From contig JAGBDC010000023.1 of the NCBI GenBank assembly GCA_017937705.1, forward strand, positions 2,944-66,943: 64,000 nt of DNA, read 5' to 3'. The notes below the pieces were generated by a model. That model was given only the letters and a program-made list of their open reading frames with translations. It had not been told where the DNA came from and made no database searches. This DNA is from Alphaproteobacteria bacterium. GTDB lineage: Bacteria; Pseudomonadota; Alphaproteobacteria; RF32; CAG-239. Position numbers and translations under genes: made by a program. Shown here piece after piece: positions 1 through 9,852 of this stretch (positions are counted from its first letter, which is position 1; each line of letters begins with the position of its first letter).

Positions 1-2
1 TT

Positions 3-227
3 CCCAGAGGACGAGCCAGATGCGGAAGAGCTGAAAAAACTCAAGGTTGTGTTTTATATATTATGAACCCGCAAAGGCAAGATTTAAGCGGACGTGATTT
101 TTATGACTTGGCTGCTCAATTAACCGGTCGTCAAAGATTTATGATTGAAACCGGAAATATGAGATATGCAAGTACCAAAATACAACCTGGCGGTATTGCA
201 CAGATAAACATCCCTCCGTTACAATAA
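3..227 (+). CDS. 3' end of hypothetical protein (truncated by window edge)
   Basis: Frame open from base 3 to TAA at 225-227 (PRGRARCG...INIPPLQ*), directly followed by a terminator. Confidence 0.7.
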   Translation, partial: PRGRARCGRAEKTQGCVLYIMNPQRQDLSGRDFYDLAAQLTGRQRFMIETGNMRYASTKIQPGGIAQINIPPLQ

Positions 228-254
228 AAAAACTCCCTTATGGGAGTTTTTTTG
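228..254 (+). terminator. Rho-independent terminator
   Basis: aaaaaaactccc-ttat-gggagttttttt hairpin with T tract. Confidence 0.8.
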
Positions 255-334
255 TAAAAATCTATACTTTAATCTTGTATTAAATATAGGATATAGGTAT
301 ACTTTCATCTATAAAGTTTAGGATAGCCAATAGT

Positions 335-913
335 ATGAATTTTTCACTTTTAAAAAGCCATCAGTTTGGGCGTTCAACCATTGAAATTTTAGGGGTACTT
401 GCAATCATCGGAATATTGAGTATTACCGGAATAAGCGGTTATGCTAAAGTTATGGAAAAAATGAAAATCGATAACACGATAAATGAAGTCGCAACAATAA
501 TTCGAACCATTAAAAATTTTTATAAAGATCAGAAAGACTATTCCGCATTAGAAAATAAAAATATTATTTCTTGGGGTGTTCTGCCCAAAAATATGGTTAC
601 CGGCACGGAAACATTAAGAAATCCTTTCAACGGCAATGTAAAAATACGTTCAATCAGCTACAATTCGGGTTTTGTAATTGTGTATAACGGTTTGCCTAAA
701 AAGGCTTGTGTTGCTGTTGCCTCCGTTGATTGGGGTAACAGTATAACTCACTTATTTATTTCTCCCAGTGGCTATGAATTACCTCGTTATTTTCCTAAAT
801 ATTTGGACAATGGAGAGCATGATGCTACTGAGTTACCTTTACCTGTTGAACATGCCGTAAAAGATTGTTGGTGTACCCATTCCACATGCGGAATTGCTTT
901 CTTTTTCAAATAG
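335..913 (+). CDS. Type IV pilin / pseudopilin (PilS-like)
   Basis: Class III signal G|RSTIEILGVLAIIG (Glu+5, hydrophobic helix), NPFNG motif, C-terminal cysteines. Confidence 0.8.
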   Translation: MNFSLLKSHQFGRSTIEILGVLAIIGILSITGISGYAKVMEKMKIDNTINEVATIIRTIKNFYKDQKDYSALENKNIISWGVLPKNMVTGTETLRNPFNGNVKIRSISYNSGFVIVYNGLPKKACVAVASVDWGNSITHLFISPSGYELPRYFPKYLDNGEHDATELPLPVEHAVKDCWCTHSTCGIAFFFK

Positions 914-914
914 C

Positions 915-1517
915 TTACACAATATCAATATCGAGCAATTTACACATAAAAACTTCAGCATTGTGTTTTGTTTCACTACTGCCGGAAATATGTATTCGAT
1001 GATTAGGATTACAAATATATGCCCCAATATCAATATCCGCAAAATCTTTAAACATTTGAAAATGGCGAATCGCTCTAAAATTTTGTTCATCTAACGAATA
1101 CAACAAACTAAAAATACCTTTGCTATAATATAGTCGATAATTTACTATGTCAAAATTTGAACTTATCGGGATTATAACAGAATCAGAAACACCATGATGA
1201 GTGACGGACAGAAATAAAAACATTTCATTTTGAATTTTGGTAACCGACATCTTACACCAGTTTTGTTCATCAATTCTCCCCATTAAACCAAACTGACATA
1301 ATTCTTCTATTCTTTCCGGTTTTTGCCATCTTATCGTTAATTCAAAATCTCCTGAGTATTTTGCAAAAAAGAAATGTCCGTTATTTTTTTTCACATTATT
1401 GCGTTTATCTTGCCAAAAATCCGTTTCAGATTGAGCCTTTATAATCAATGCGCCGGAACTAAAACTAAATTCCGGCTCATTATACCAATCAAAATTTCTA
1501 ATTGTATCCAAATTCAT
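915..1517 (-). CDS. DUF1349-like beta-sandwich protein
   Basis: WYNEP...TDFWQ...NGHFFF...QFGLM...NWCK motifs. Confidence 0.7.
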   Translation of the reverse strand: MNLDTIRNFDWYNEPEFSFSSGALIIKAQSETDFWQDKRNNVKKNNGHFFFAKYSGDFELTIRWQKPERIEELCQFGLMGRIDEQNWCKMSVTKIQNEMFLFLSVTHHGVSDSVIIPISSNFDIVNYRLYYSKGIFSLLYSLDEQNFRAIRHFQMFKDFADIDIGAYICNPNHRIHISGSSETKHNAEVFMCKLLDIDIV

Positions 1518-2449
1518 TAAAAATTCCTGACATTCTCATCCGGCAATTTTTCAACGGCTTTTTCAAGTTCAGTATTTTTTTCTCGGGGAGGAATAATTTT
1601 AAGAACCATAATTTGATCTCCAACCCCCTTAAAATTATTCAAACCTTTGCCTTTTAAACGTAGTTTTTCTCCACTTCTGGCGTAAGGAGGTATTGAAACA
1701 GCAACTTTACCGTCAATAGTCGGAACCACAATTTTCGCTCCCAAAATCGCTTCTTTTAAGCTAATTGGCAAATCCATAACTACATTTTGTCCATCAAGAC
1801 TAAAATAAGGATGTTTTTCAACATTTAATGTTATCAAAACATCACCTGATGCTCCTCCCATGTGCCCTGGCTTGCCAAGTCCTTTTAATCTCAATGTTTG
1901 ACCATCAACAGTTCCTGCCGGCACTTTAACATTGATGTTTTTGCCGCCGATATTAACCTGTTGTTCTGAGCCTTTTACCGCAGACAAGAAGTCTATTTTC
2001 ATAGTATAGGCAATATCTTCACCTTTGCGAGAACGCCCTCTTCCTCCTCGTGCACCAGCTCCGCTGAAAGCTGAAAAAATATCTTCTCCGAAAATAGATG
2101 AAAAATCAAAATCGGCTCCGCCTCTTCCTCCGGCTGATGAAGTATAATGAAATCCGTTAGCTCCGTTAAAAGGATTTCCTCCCCCTCCGAAACCGCCACC
2201 GAATCCGGCTCCGAATCCGGTTGGCTTACCATCGCTGTCTATTTCATTATTATCATATTTTTTTCTTTTAGCTTCGTCACCTAAAATATCGTAAGCTGCG
2301 GAAATTTCTTTGAATCTTTCAGCCGCAGCAGGATTATCTTTATTTACATCCGGATGATATTTTCGGGCAAGCTTGTGATAAGCGGTTTTAATTTCCGCTT
2401 TACTTGCCGTTTTGCTGATACCTAATATTGAGTATAAATCTTTTCCCAT
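1517..2449 (-). CDS. Class II DnaJ (CbpA-like) co-chaperone
   Basis: J domain with HPD, G/F-rich linker, DnaJ C-terminal domain, no CxxCxGxG zinc finger. Confidence 0.9.
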   Translation of the reverse strand: MGKDLYSILGISKTASKAEIKTAYHKLARKYHPDVNKDNPAAAERFKEISAAYDILGDEAKRKKYDNNEIDSDGKPTGFGAGFGGGFGGGGNPFNGANGFHYTSSAGGRGGADFDFSSIFGEDIFSAFSGAGARGGRGRSRKGEDIAYTMKIDFLSAVKGSEQQVNIGGKNINVKVPAGTVDGQTLRLKGLGKPGHMGGASGDVLITLNVEKHPYFSLDGQNVVMDLPISLKEAILGAKIVVPTIDGKVAVSIPPYARSGEKLRLKGKGLNNFKGVGDQIMVLKIIPPREKNTELEKAVEKLPDENVRNF

Positions 2450-2512
2450 TTGATAACTTTTAATCTAATAAATTTTATATCCTTTTAGATATATAGTTTT
2501 TTATTTTATCAA

Positions 2513-2950
2513 TTACAAGCGAACACAGTCAAAAGTTACACGACGAGATTTTCCGCTATACACATTTATCTTACGTAATAAAGCTGTGCGATTTCCTTTT
2601 TCACTGCAATAACGTGCCGCTAACGGCATTAACTCATCCACTCTTATATCTCGGTATTCATAAGTGACAAAGTTATCACTACCATCTTTCACGGCAATAC
2701 GACGCAAAAATGTTTTATAATCTTCTTTACTGTTTTTTGCAGATGTTTTTGCAATGACTTCATCGCTGACGCAAGTTGAATTTTGTTCCACAACATAATA
2801 CTTCGTCTGCTTATTTTCCGTAACCTCAGTAGTTACTTGTGCTTTATAAGTGTCGGTGGTATTGTTTTTATTACATAAAACACAAGACTGACAACCTGTC
2901 AAAAAAACACAAAAACCCAAAAACGCCAAATTTATTTTTTTCATTTTCAT
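2513..2950 (-). CDS. Hypothetical lipoprotein
   Basis: Lipobox LTGC after hydrophobic stretch. Confidence 0.65.
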   Translation of the reverse strand: MKMKKINLAFLGFCVFLTGCQSCVLCNKNNTTDTYKAQVTTEVTENKQTKYYVVEQNSTCVSDEVIAKTSAKNSKEDYKTFLRRIAVKDGSDNFVTYEYRDIRVDELMPLAARYCSEKGNRTALLRKINVYSGKSRRVTFDCVRL

Positions 2951-2956
2951 CCCTTT

Positions 2957-3259
2957 TTAATCCAGCAATTCTTGCAATTGTTTTCCGGCATTTTCCAATA
3001 TTTGCAAAACTTTACGATTCTTCGAATCTTTACGACGACTATTATCCAGTTGTTGTATCATTTCATATAATTCACGATTAAATTTTTCGTTTTCTCGTAA
3101 TTTTTCCATTTTTCTGAGATGCTCTTCATCATCAATTTTATAATCAGCCACTGCCTTAACAACAGCAAGGTATTGTGCTTCTTTACTGGAACTATATTGT
3201 GCATTTGCATCTCCGGCAGTAAGAATTAACGCAGCTAAAATAACAGGTAATATCTTCAT
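2957..3259 (-). CDS. Hypothetical exported protein
   Basis: Signal peptide ending ANA; GAGGG RBS upstream. Confidence 0.65.
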   Translation of the reverse strand: MKILPVILAALILTAGDANAQYSSSKEAQYLAVVKAVADYKIDDEEHLRKMEKLRENEKFNRELYEMIQQLDNSRRKDSKNRKVLQILENAGKQLQELLD

Positions 3260-3348
3260 AGTTTTCCCTCGCTCTAATTTTGTTATTGAGTTTGTTCTCA
3301 GTATTAATATAATACAAATAAAAAAATTTTACCAACAATTTTAGGGTT

Positions 3349-4332
3349 ATGACAATGAAAAAAACTATATGGGCCTTATTTGATGATCGCATGGGCAGTA
3401 TCGGACAAGCAAAAGGCATTTTACAAGAACTTAAAAATGATTTTGATATTGTAGAAAAAAAGATTGTTTACACAAAGTTTGCCGCTTTGCCAAACTTCAT
3501 AAGAGGCAAAAACTTTTTAATCGGTGTTGATACAAAAGCTTCGGATAGCCTAAAAACAAATGATTATCCTGATGTCGTTTTATCTATCAGCCGCAGAACA
3601 GCTCCGATTGCTCTTTGGTTAAAACGAAAATCAAAAAACAAAACAAAAATTGTTCAACTTATGTTGCCGGGAAAATACGGATTAAATGAAATGGATTTAG
3701 TTGTGATTCCGGAACACGACCGAGGAAAAGTTGAAGGCAGTAATTTAATGTATATTACCGGCTGTCCTCACCGTATTACCGAATCGTCTTTAGCTGAAGC
3801 AAAAGAAAAATGGGAAAAAGAATTTGCATCTTTACCTAAGCCGTTAACTTCTGTCTTTGTGGGCGGTTCTATTAAAAACAAACCTTTTACCGATGAAAAT
3901 GCAAAATTGTTAGCAGAAGCTATTGCAAAAGTTCAAAATCAAGTTAGCGGTTCGATTTTGATTACATCTTCTCGCAGAACAGGAAAAGCGGCCGAAGATA
4001 TTATAATGGAAAAAATAAAAGGTATTCCGGCATATACATATCTATGGGGTGAAAAGAAAGAAAATCCGATTATGGGTTTTTATGCCTGTGCCGATTATAT
4101 TATCGTTACCGGTGATTCTGTATCAATGGCCTGCGAATCGTGCGGGACAGGAAAGCCTGTTTCAGTATTTACCGGAAAAGGATGGCTCACATCAAAGCAT
4201 TTGCGTTTTGTAAAATCTTTGGTTGATGGTAAATATGCCATAAACGTCAACGAAGGTAACATTGCCGATTTTGAACCGGTAGGAAAATTAAATCCATCGG
4301 TAGATGTCGCGGAAAAAATCAGAAAATTATAA
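3349..4332 (+). CDS. ELM1 / DUF1022 family (GT-B-like) protein
   Basis: DLVVIPEHD, ITSSRRT, NPIMGFYACADYIIVTGDSVSMACE motifs. Confidence 0.85.
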   Translation: MTMKKTIWALFDDRMGSIGQAKGILQELKNDFDIVEKKIVYTKFAALPNFIRGKNFLIGVDTKASDSLKTNDYPDVVLSISRRTAPIALWLKRKSKNKTKIVQLMLPGKYGLNEMDLVVIPEHDRGKVEGSNLMYITGCPHRITESSLAEAKEKWEKEFASLPKPLTSVFVGGSIKNKPFTDENAKLLAEAIAKVQNQVSGSILITSSRRTGKAAEDIIMEKIKGIPAYTYLWGEKKENPIMGFYACADYIIVTGDSVSMACESCGTGKPVSVFTGKGWLTSKHLRFVKSLVDGKYAINVNEGNIADFEPVGKLNPSVDVAEKIRKL

Positions 4333-4385
4333 ACAAAAAAAGAGCAAGGAAAAAACCTTGCTCTTTAATTTTGAGTATTACCGAC

Positions 4386-4895
4386 TTATTTTTTATCTTC
4401 GTCGGCAGATTCTGCTTCATCTGTTTCGGTTTCATCTGCAGTTTCATTAACAGCCTCCGCAACTTTTTCCACAATCTTTTTGTTACGATTGAGGAAAATA
4501 TCACGAGTTCCGCTAATACCAAGCATTACACCTAAACCTGTCAGCAACTGTGGCCACTCAACCGGATCAATGTCAAAATAAGGATAAATCATACAATTGT
4601 TGAAGTAGCCCATTGCCAGAGCCCAACCAATTGCAACTATCCAATAACGTTTTCCCAGTGAACCGACTTTGCCATCTACCTTTGTTGTTTTGTCATCGGG
4701 TTGTTTTTTCAAGCCGATATCACGAGCACCGCTGATAGAGAGCATTACAGCTAAAGCTGTCAACAAGTGACTCCACTCAACTGTTTTGATGTCAAGATAA
4801 GGAGCCAACACACAGTTGTTGAAAAATCCTAAAAATAGGAACCATCCGATTGCCGGAATCCAGTAGCGTTTACCGGTTACAAGAATCTTTTTCAT
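4386..4895 (-). CDS. Membrane protein with two tandem 3TM-holin-like repeats
   Basis: Two copies of KRYWIxAIGW...NNC..P...VEW..LLT.L.VML.ISG.RDI; acidic tail; alternative start 4919. Confidence 0.6.
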   Translation of the reverse strand: MKKILVTGKRYWIPAIGWFLFLGFFNNCVLAPYLDIKTVEWSHLLTALAVMLSISGARDIGLKKQPDDKTTKVDGKVGSLGKRYWIVAIGWALAMGYFNNCMIYPYFDIDPVEWPQLLTGLGVMLGISGTRDIFLNRNKKIVEKVAEAVNETADETETDEAESADEDKK

Positions 4896-5029
4896 ATCTA
4901 ATAGTTTTTTAAAAATCATTTATACAATAAACAATATAATGTTTTTCGTCTTTTTTGTCAAGTTTAATATATTGGAAATTGTTGCATAAATGCAAATATA
5001 TTCATAATATATGGAAGAGGAGACTTTTT

Positions 5030-5836
5030 ATGGATAACTTTACTTTAGCATTTATTTTGACATCTTTTGCCGGTTTAGCAACGGGTATCGGTGCATTCAT
5101 GGCGATGTTTGCAAAAAAAGTTAACGCTCGTTTTTTATCTCTATCAATGGGGCTGTCTGCCGGCGTAATGATATTTATATCTCTTGCGGAACTATTGCCG
5201 GAAGCTCAAAAAACGCTATTTATAAAATGGGATAAATTTAGTGGAATAATTGCATATTCTTCATTTTTTACCGGAGTAATCTTAACCGCTATTATTGATA
5301 TGATTGTTCCTAAAATGAAGAATCCTCACGAAGTTCATCGCTCTAAACACGATTTAGATGAATTGAAAAAAAATCGCCATCACCCTCAACAACTTTTAAG
5401 ATTGGGTATTTTTACGGCTATTGCTCTTGCTTTACATAATTTTCCTGAAGGTTTGGCCGCCTTTTTATCGGCAATGTCTTCTCCGACAATAGCTCTTCCG
5501 ATTATTATTGCTATCGCCATTCACAACATACCGGAGGGAATTGCAGTTTATGTGCCGATTTATTATGCAACCGGTAGCAAGAAAAAGGCCTTTATATATT
5601 CCTTTTTATCCGGATTAGCCGAACCGTTGGGCGGTGTTGTCGGATATTTTTTGTTAAAGCAATTTTTGGGAGAAACAATGTTTGGTATTACCTATTCTAT
5701 GGTAGCCGGAATTATGGTTTATATTTCTTTTGATGAATTGCTTCCGACAGCAAAAGAATATGGTAATCACCACTTATCTGTTTTGGGCTTGTTTATGGGA
5801 ATGTTGATAATAGCAATAAGCTTAGCGATATTATAA
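5030..5836 (+). CDS. zupT: ZIP family zinc transporter ZupT
   Basis: HNFPEG and HNIPEG motifs, SGLAEPLG; RBS GAGGAG before ATG 5030. Confidence 0.9.
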   Translation: MDNFTLAFILTSFAGLATGIGAFMAMFAKKVNARFLSLSMGLSAGVMIFISLAELLPEAQKTLFIKWDKFSGIIAYSSFFTGVILTAIIDMIVPKMKNPHEVHRSKHDLDELKKNRHHPQQLLRLGIFTAIALALHNFPEGLAAFLSAMSSPTIALPIIIAIAIHNIPEGIAVYVPIYYATGSKKKAFIYSFLSGLAEPLGGVVGYFLLKQFLGETMFGITYSMVAGIMVYISFDELLPTAKEYGNHHLSVLGLFMGMLIIAISLAIL

Positions 5837-5921
5837 ATCCAAGATAAATGATATTTTAGAAAAGGAAACCCCCTCGCAACATAAGTCGCAAGGGGGGATA
5901 TAAAATCAAAGGATAAAACCT

Positions 5922-6170
5922 TTATATCTTTGCCCATTCTACAAGTTTTCCCCACAAGGTTTTTAACTTTTCTGTAATTAGAGCTAAAAGCACAAACATC
6001 CAAAACGATACGGCAATAACTCCCAGAATGCCGAAAATTACTCCAGGTACTACCCAGTTACACAATATTGAAATAATGCCAACGGGGATACATAATGTTA
6101 AAGCGATGATTGCTACTAAAGATGGGTTATTATCCATCCATAAAATGAGTTTTTTAATTGCATTTCTCAT
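5922..6170 (-). CDS. Small two-TM hypothetical protein
   Basis: 82 aa ORF with two hydrophobic segments. Confidence 0.5.
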   Translation of the reverse strand: MRNAIKKLILWMDNNPSLVAIIALTLCIPVGIISILCNWVVPGVIFGILGVIAVSFWMFVLLALITEKLKTLWGKLVEWAKI

Positions 6171-6258
6171 AAGATTTAGGTTAATTTATATATAATTATT
6201 TTTAGGTTGATACAGTTATAGGTTATTTTTTTACAAAAATCAATACTTTTGTCTAATT

Positions 6259-6852
6259 TTAAGTTTTTTGTTTTAAATACATATATAATGTTGAATAATC
6301 AACTTTTAGCATTTCCGCTATTTTTGTTTTTTTGATATTCTGTGCTAATAAATTTTCTATCAACTCCTCTTTACCGGTCAGCTTATTAGTTTTATTTTTT
6401 GTACCTTTATTTCTACCGATATGTCTTCCCTCGGCTTTTAATCGTGCTAAACATTGTTTTGTGCGTTGAGAAATTAAGTTGCGTTCTATTTCTGCTGACA
6501 ATCCAAAAGCAAAGGCCAAGACTTTTGATTGTATATCACTTCCTAATCTGTAATTATCTTTTATAGTCCATACTTGACAACCAATATTCATACAATGGTG
6601 TAATACAGACATTATTTGTAATAAATTACGACCGATACGACTTATTTCACTTGTAATTAGTATGTCATCATCTTTTAGTTTTTTAATTAACTTACCTAAT
6701 TTTCGTTCTTCTAATGGCTTTTTTGAGGAAATTGTTTCTTCTATCCATTTATCTATATTGAGATTATTAGCACTTGCAAATTGTTCTATCTCAAATTTCT
6801 GATTTTCTTGATGTTGTTTATCTGTTGAAACTCTAATATACGCATAAATCAT
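6259..6852 (-). CDS. Serine DNA invertase/resolvase, Mpi family
   Basis: YIRVST catalytic Ser, SEISRIGR, WTIKDNYRLGSDIQSKVLAFAFGLSAEIERNLISQRTK, C-terminal HTH. Confidence 0.9.
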   Translation of the reverse strand: MIYAYIRVSTDKQHQENQKFEIEQFASANNLNIDKWIEETISSKKPLEERKLGKLIKKLKDDDILITSEISRIGRNLLQIMSVLHHCMNIGCQVWTIKDNYRLGSDIQSKVLAFAFGLSAEIERNLISQRTKQCLARLKAEGRHIGRNKGTKNKTNKLTGKEELIENLLAQNIKKTKIAEMLKVDYSTLYMYLKQKT

Positions 6853-7091
6853 AACTTATCCTTTTAATTTTGTTTATTAAAAAGATGAGGTTAAGATATT
6901 TTCTAATATATTGAAAATAAAGGAACAATTTTATTCCATATTATATTTAATTAATTTAGTGTCAATTTGTTTTTCGCCCTTATTCTTATCATTGCTTGAA
7001 AACATCAATTTTTGCATCATCAATACAATCTCTTATTTTATTCTGCTTTTCCATGGAGAAAACCGTTCAGTTTTTTACAATGGAGATAAAA

Positions 7092-7559
7092 ATGTATTCG
7101 TTTAGCTATTGGAAAAATTATCTTGAAAGAAAAGGTGTTTCTTTTAGTGAAGAACCTTTTATTCCATTTATGATATTATGGATGTCATATAACAGTTTTT
7201 ATAACAAACTAGATAATCGTTGCGGAGATAGAAGAAAAGCTTGCAAAATCGGAGAGGATGAAAAAGCGATAGAAATATTTGAACGACGCAAAAATAATTT
7301 TTTGAATGATTTTAAAAATATAGCACAAAACAGTGATGTACGTTTATGCGTAATCAATATGCAAAACAGGAATCGTAATGTTTATTTTGATAATAATCAC
7401 TGTGATATCAAAGACTTTTTATCCGCAGTATATCAAGTTCGTTGCAATTTATTTCATGGAGATAAAACGCCATATTGGGATGCCGATGTGAGATTAGTGA
7501 GTTGGGCATATAATTCTCTTTATGCACTATTACATGAATATAAGCCTGATTTATTTTGA
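7092..7559 (+). CDS. Putative HEPN-domain protein
   Basis: FMILWMSYN helix and YQVRCNLFHG (R-x4-H); GGAG RBS before ATG 7092. Confidence 0.6.
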   Translation: MYSFSYWKNYLERKGVSFSEEPFIPFMILWMSYNSFYNKLDNRCGDRRKACKIGEDEKAIEIFERRKNNFLNDFKNIAQNSDVRLCVINMQNRNRNVYFDNNHCDIKDFLSAVYQVRCNLFHGDKTPYWDADVRLVSWAYNSLYALLHEYKPDLF

Positions 7560-7605
7560 CAAGCAACTTAAACAAGACAAATAAAAAATTAGGAGAAAAC
7601 TTAAT

Positions 7606-8031
7606 ATGAAAAAAGATACAGTCCTATTTATTTTGGCATCTGCTCTATGTATAATTTGTATTGGAATCCATAATATATCCAAATCCATAAATATTGATAG
7701 CTCAAATATAGAAAAAGATAATCCGAGCAATAAAGGATATGTTGCACATATCGATTGTATATTCGGAATGATTGGAGGTTATGCCCAAGTTCCTGTACAA
7801 AGTTGCGCAACAAATAGCGAAATTATTATAGTTAATAGCAACCGCTCCAGACAATCATATAATGAATATCGTATTCCTGACACAATCTACTTACCTTCAC
7901 ATTTTCGAATGAGTATTTGGAATGGAAGCGATAAATATACATTTGTAATAAAAATTATCGATAGTGGAACAAATAGTGTTGTAGCAGTCAGAGAGATTGG
8001 ACCTACCTCATACGATATTGTTCAAAACTAA
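7606..8031 (+). CDS. Hypothetical membrane-anchored/exported protein
   Basis: N-terminal hydrophobic segment, AGGAG RBS. Confidence 0.65.
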   Translation: MKKDTVLFILASALCIICIGIHNISKSINIDSSNIEKDNPSNKGYVAHIDCIFGMIGGYAQVPVQSCATNSEIIIVNSNRSRQSYNEYRIPDTIYLPSHFRMSIWNGSDKYTFVIKIIDSGTNSVVAVREIGPTSYDIVQN

Positions 8032-8072
8032 TATAAAATATATGAAAATACATCATTGAGAAAGGAATAAAA

Positions 8073-8690
8073 ATGTATAAAATTTTAGCTGTAATTGTTT
8101 TTATAATATCAATTATTGCTTCCTATTTTATTTTCAAGGGAGGTAACTATATTGGAGAAATTCAATCGGTCGGAGGCAGAACTCTGGAAGAAGCTTATTA
8201 TAATGGCTTAGGTCTTGTGTATAAAGGCTTGTCTTTATTCGTACTTACAACAGGTATTTTCTTTTCATCGTTTTTATATCGTTTTAGTCATGATGGTAAA
8301 ACAAGTATAAGCATTGGTAATTTTTCTTCTTTATTCTCTAAATTTCAAATTAATAAAAGCAATATACTCAAAGGAGAAGATGATAAAAAAGAAAACAACA
8401 TTCGTCCTAAAATTAAAAAATTATTATTTATAATAATCGTAATCGTTACATGTTCATATATAGCATATGAAACTATTAATTTATTTATTGATACATTTCA
8501 TTATCAAAGTGCTGTAGAAGATAATATTAAAGCTACCCAAGAACACATGTCTGTTGATGTATATAGACAATTTAAGCGACTAACAACAAAACAAAAAAAT
8601 ATGTTTAATAATCTTCGTGTGGAAAAAAACATGTTACCAAGCGAAGCCCTTGCCGTAGTAAAAGAAATGATTAAGTCAAATCGGTTATAA
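8073..8690 (+). CDS. Hypothetical membrane protein
   Basis: Three hydrophobic segments, AAGGA RBS. Confidence 0.65.
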   Translation: MYKILAVIVFIISIIASYFIFKGGNYIGEIQSVGGRTLEEAYYNGLGLVYKGLSLFVLTTGIFFSSFLYRFSHDGKTSISIGNFSSLFSKFQINKSNILKGEDDKKENNIRPKIKKLLFIIIVIVTCSYIAYETINLFIDTFHYQSAVEDNIKATQEHMSVDVYRQFKRLTTKQKNMFNNLRVEKNMLPSEALAVVKEMIKSNRL

Positions 8691-8710
8691 TCCCATATAA
8701 ATCTTATAGT

Positions 8711-8746
8711 AAAAAGGGTTTGAGAAATATTCTCAAACCCTTTTTT
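8711..8746. terminator. Bidirectional terminator
   Basis: aaaaagggtttgagaa-atat-tctcaaacccttttt between converging ORF and tRNA-Ala. Confidence 0.85.
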
Positions 8747-8750
8747 GAAT

Positions 8751-8826
<76 letters not shown>

Positions 8827-8994
8827 ATGGTTAAATTTAATAATAGGTCGATCGCTTGTTCAAGCGCCTTGGGTGTCTAACCTCTCTGCGGTTGCTGTCG
8901 CTTCCCTTGTTCGGCAAGACAGCCAAGATGTTGCAGACGAAAACCACCCGTTGGGGTCGTTTTCGCTTAGCCATCCCAGCTGAGCTATAACCCC
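8827..8994 (-). other. Structured element upstream of tRNA-Ala starting with an exact copy of tRNA nt 1-21
   Basis: 8974-8994 identical to 8806-8826; GC-rich nested stems in between. Confidence 0.7.
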
Positions 8995-9006
8995 GTAACT
9001 TGGTTT

Positions 9007-9035
9007 TTTATAGTAATATTTGCCTGTATTGTCAA
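9007..9035 (-). promoter_or_regulatory. Sigma70-type promoter for the tRNA-Ala unit
   Basis: Minus strand TTGACA-17bp-TATAAA. Confidence 0.75.
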
Positions 9036-9102
9036 GTTTTATTTAAAACAACAAAATCCCCTTCTGTAATAAAGGGGATTTTATAATAAGTTACAAAACT
9101 AC

Positions 9103-9351
9103 TTATTCAGCAGAGTTGTATTTGTCTTCAAGCTCATCGATAAAAGCTTCGAGTTCTTTACTCATCGGGTGAATCATAACCGGACGGGCAATAATCTCAT
9201 TGATGATACTCTTGTTAGGCATTACCTTAGGAGTTACATCTTTGCGTTCATCGTATGACTTTCCGCATTCAACACAAAAAAACTTGGTTTCATCTCCGTT
9301 AGTTTCAATAGAAAACTTGAGATTACCTTTTTGAGCTATAAATTTTCTCAT
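9103..9351 (-). CDS. Hypothetical protein
   Basis: 82 aa ORF with a single CxxC, followed by a hairpin terminator (~9053-9082). Confidence 0.6.
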   Translation of the reverse strand: MRKFIAQKGNLKFSIETNGDETKFFCVECGKSYDERKDVTPKVMPNKSIINEIIARPVMIHPMSKELEAFIDELEDKYNSAE

Positions 9352-9416
9352 AAAAATTGGAATAAAAGTTATTAATTGTCTTTAATCTACCTATTTATAT
9401 TTTGTTGTCAAATATT

Positions 9417-9848
9417 TTATTCAGCAGTCCATTTCATTAAAAACTCTTCTTCCCCTGTTGTTTCATCTGTTTGTGTTCCGCAAACCTTAAAGCCGTGTTG
9501 CATATAAAAACGCATTGCTTCGGTATTTTTGCGATAAACTTTCAAATCCAAAGTTTTATGTTTACGACGCAAAGAATTGAGTAACATCGAGCCTATACCC
9601 TGCCCTTGGTGTTTTTTATCAACGAATAATGCTCCTATATGACTTCCGTTTTGAAGACTCACAAAACCAAGTTGTTTTCCGTTATTGTCCCAAACATAAG
9701 TTTTTGATGAAGGAAGATATACATTGCGAACATCTTCGGCAAGATTTTTCCAATGATTATCATTTACAAAATTGTGCGAATCAACACTACAACGCAACCA
9801 GAGCTTTGTCAGAGCTTCCGCATCTTCAGTTTTATATTTTCTCAACAT
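9417..9848 (-). CDS. GNAT family acetyltransferase
   Basis: LFVDKKHQGQGIGS motif A; N..A..FY..HGF. Confidence 0.85.
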   Translation of the reverse strand: MLRKYKTEDAEALTKLWLRCSVDSHNFVNDNHWKNLAEDVRNVYLPSSKTYVWDNNGKQLGFVSLQNGSHIGALFVDKKHQGQGIGSMLLNSLRRKHKTLDLKVYRKNTEAMRFYMQHGFKVCGTQTDETTGEEEFLMKWTAE

Positions 9849-9852
9849 TTAT

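Noticed and set aside
5900-8750. Island integrated at the tRNA-Ala 3' end
   Set aside because: The terminator follows the tRNA directly and no second copy of its 3' end was found
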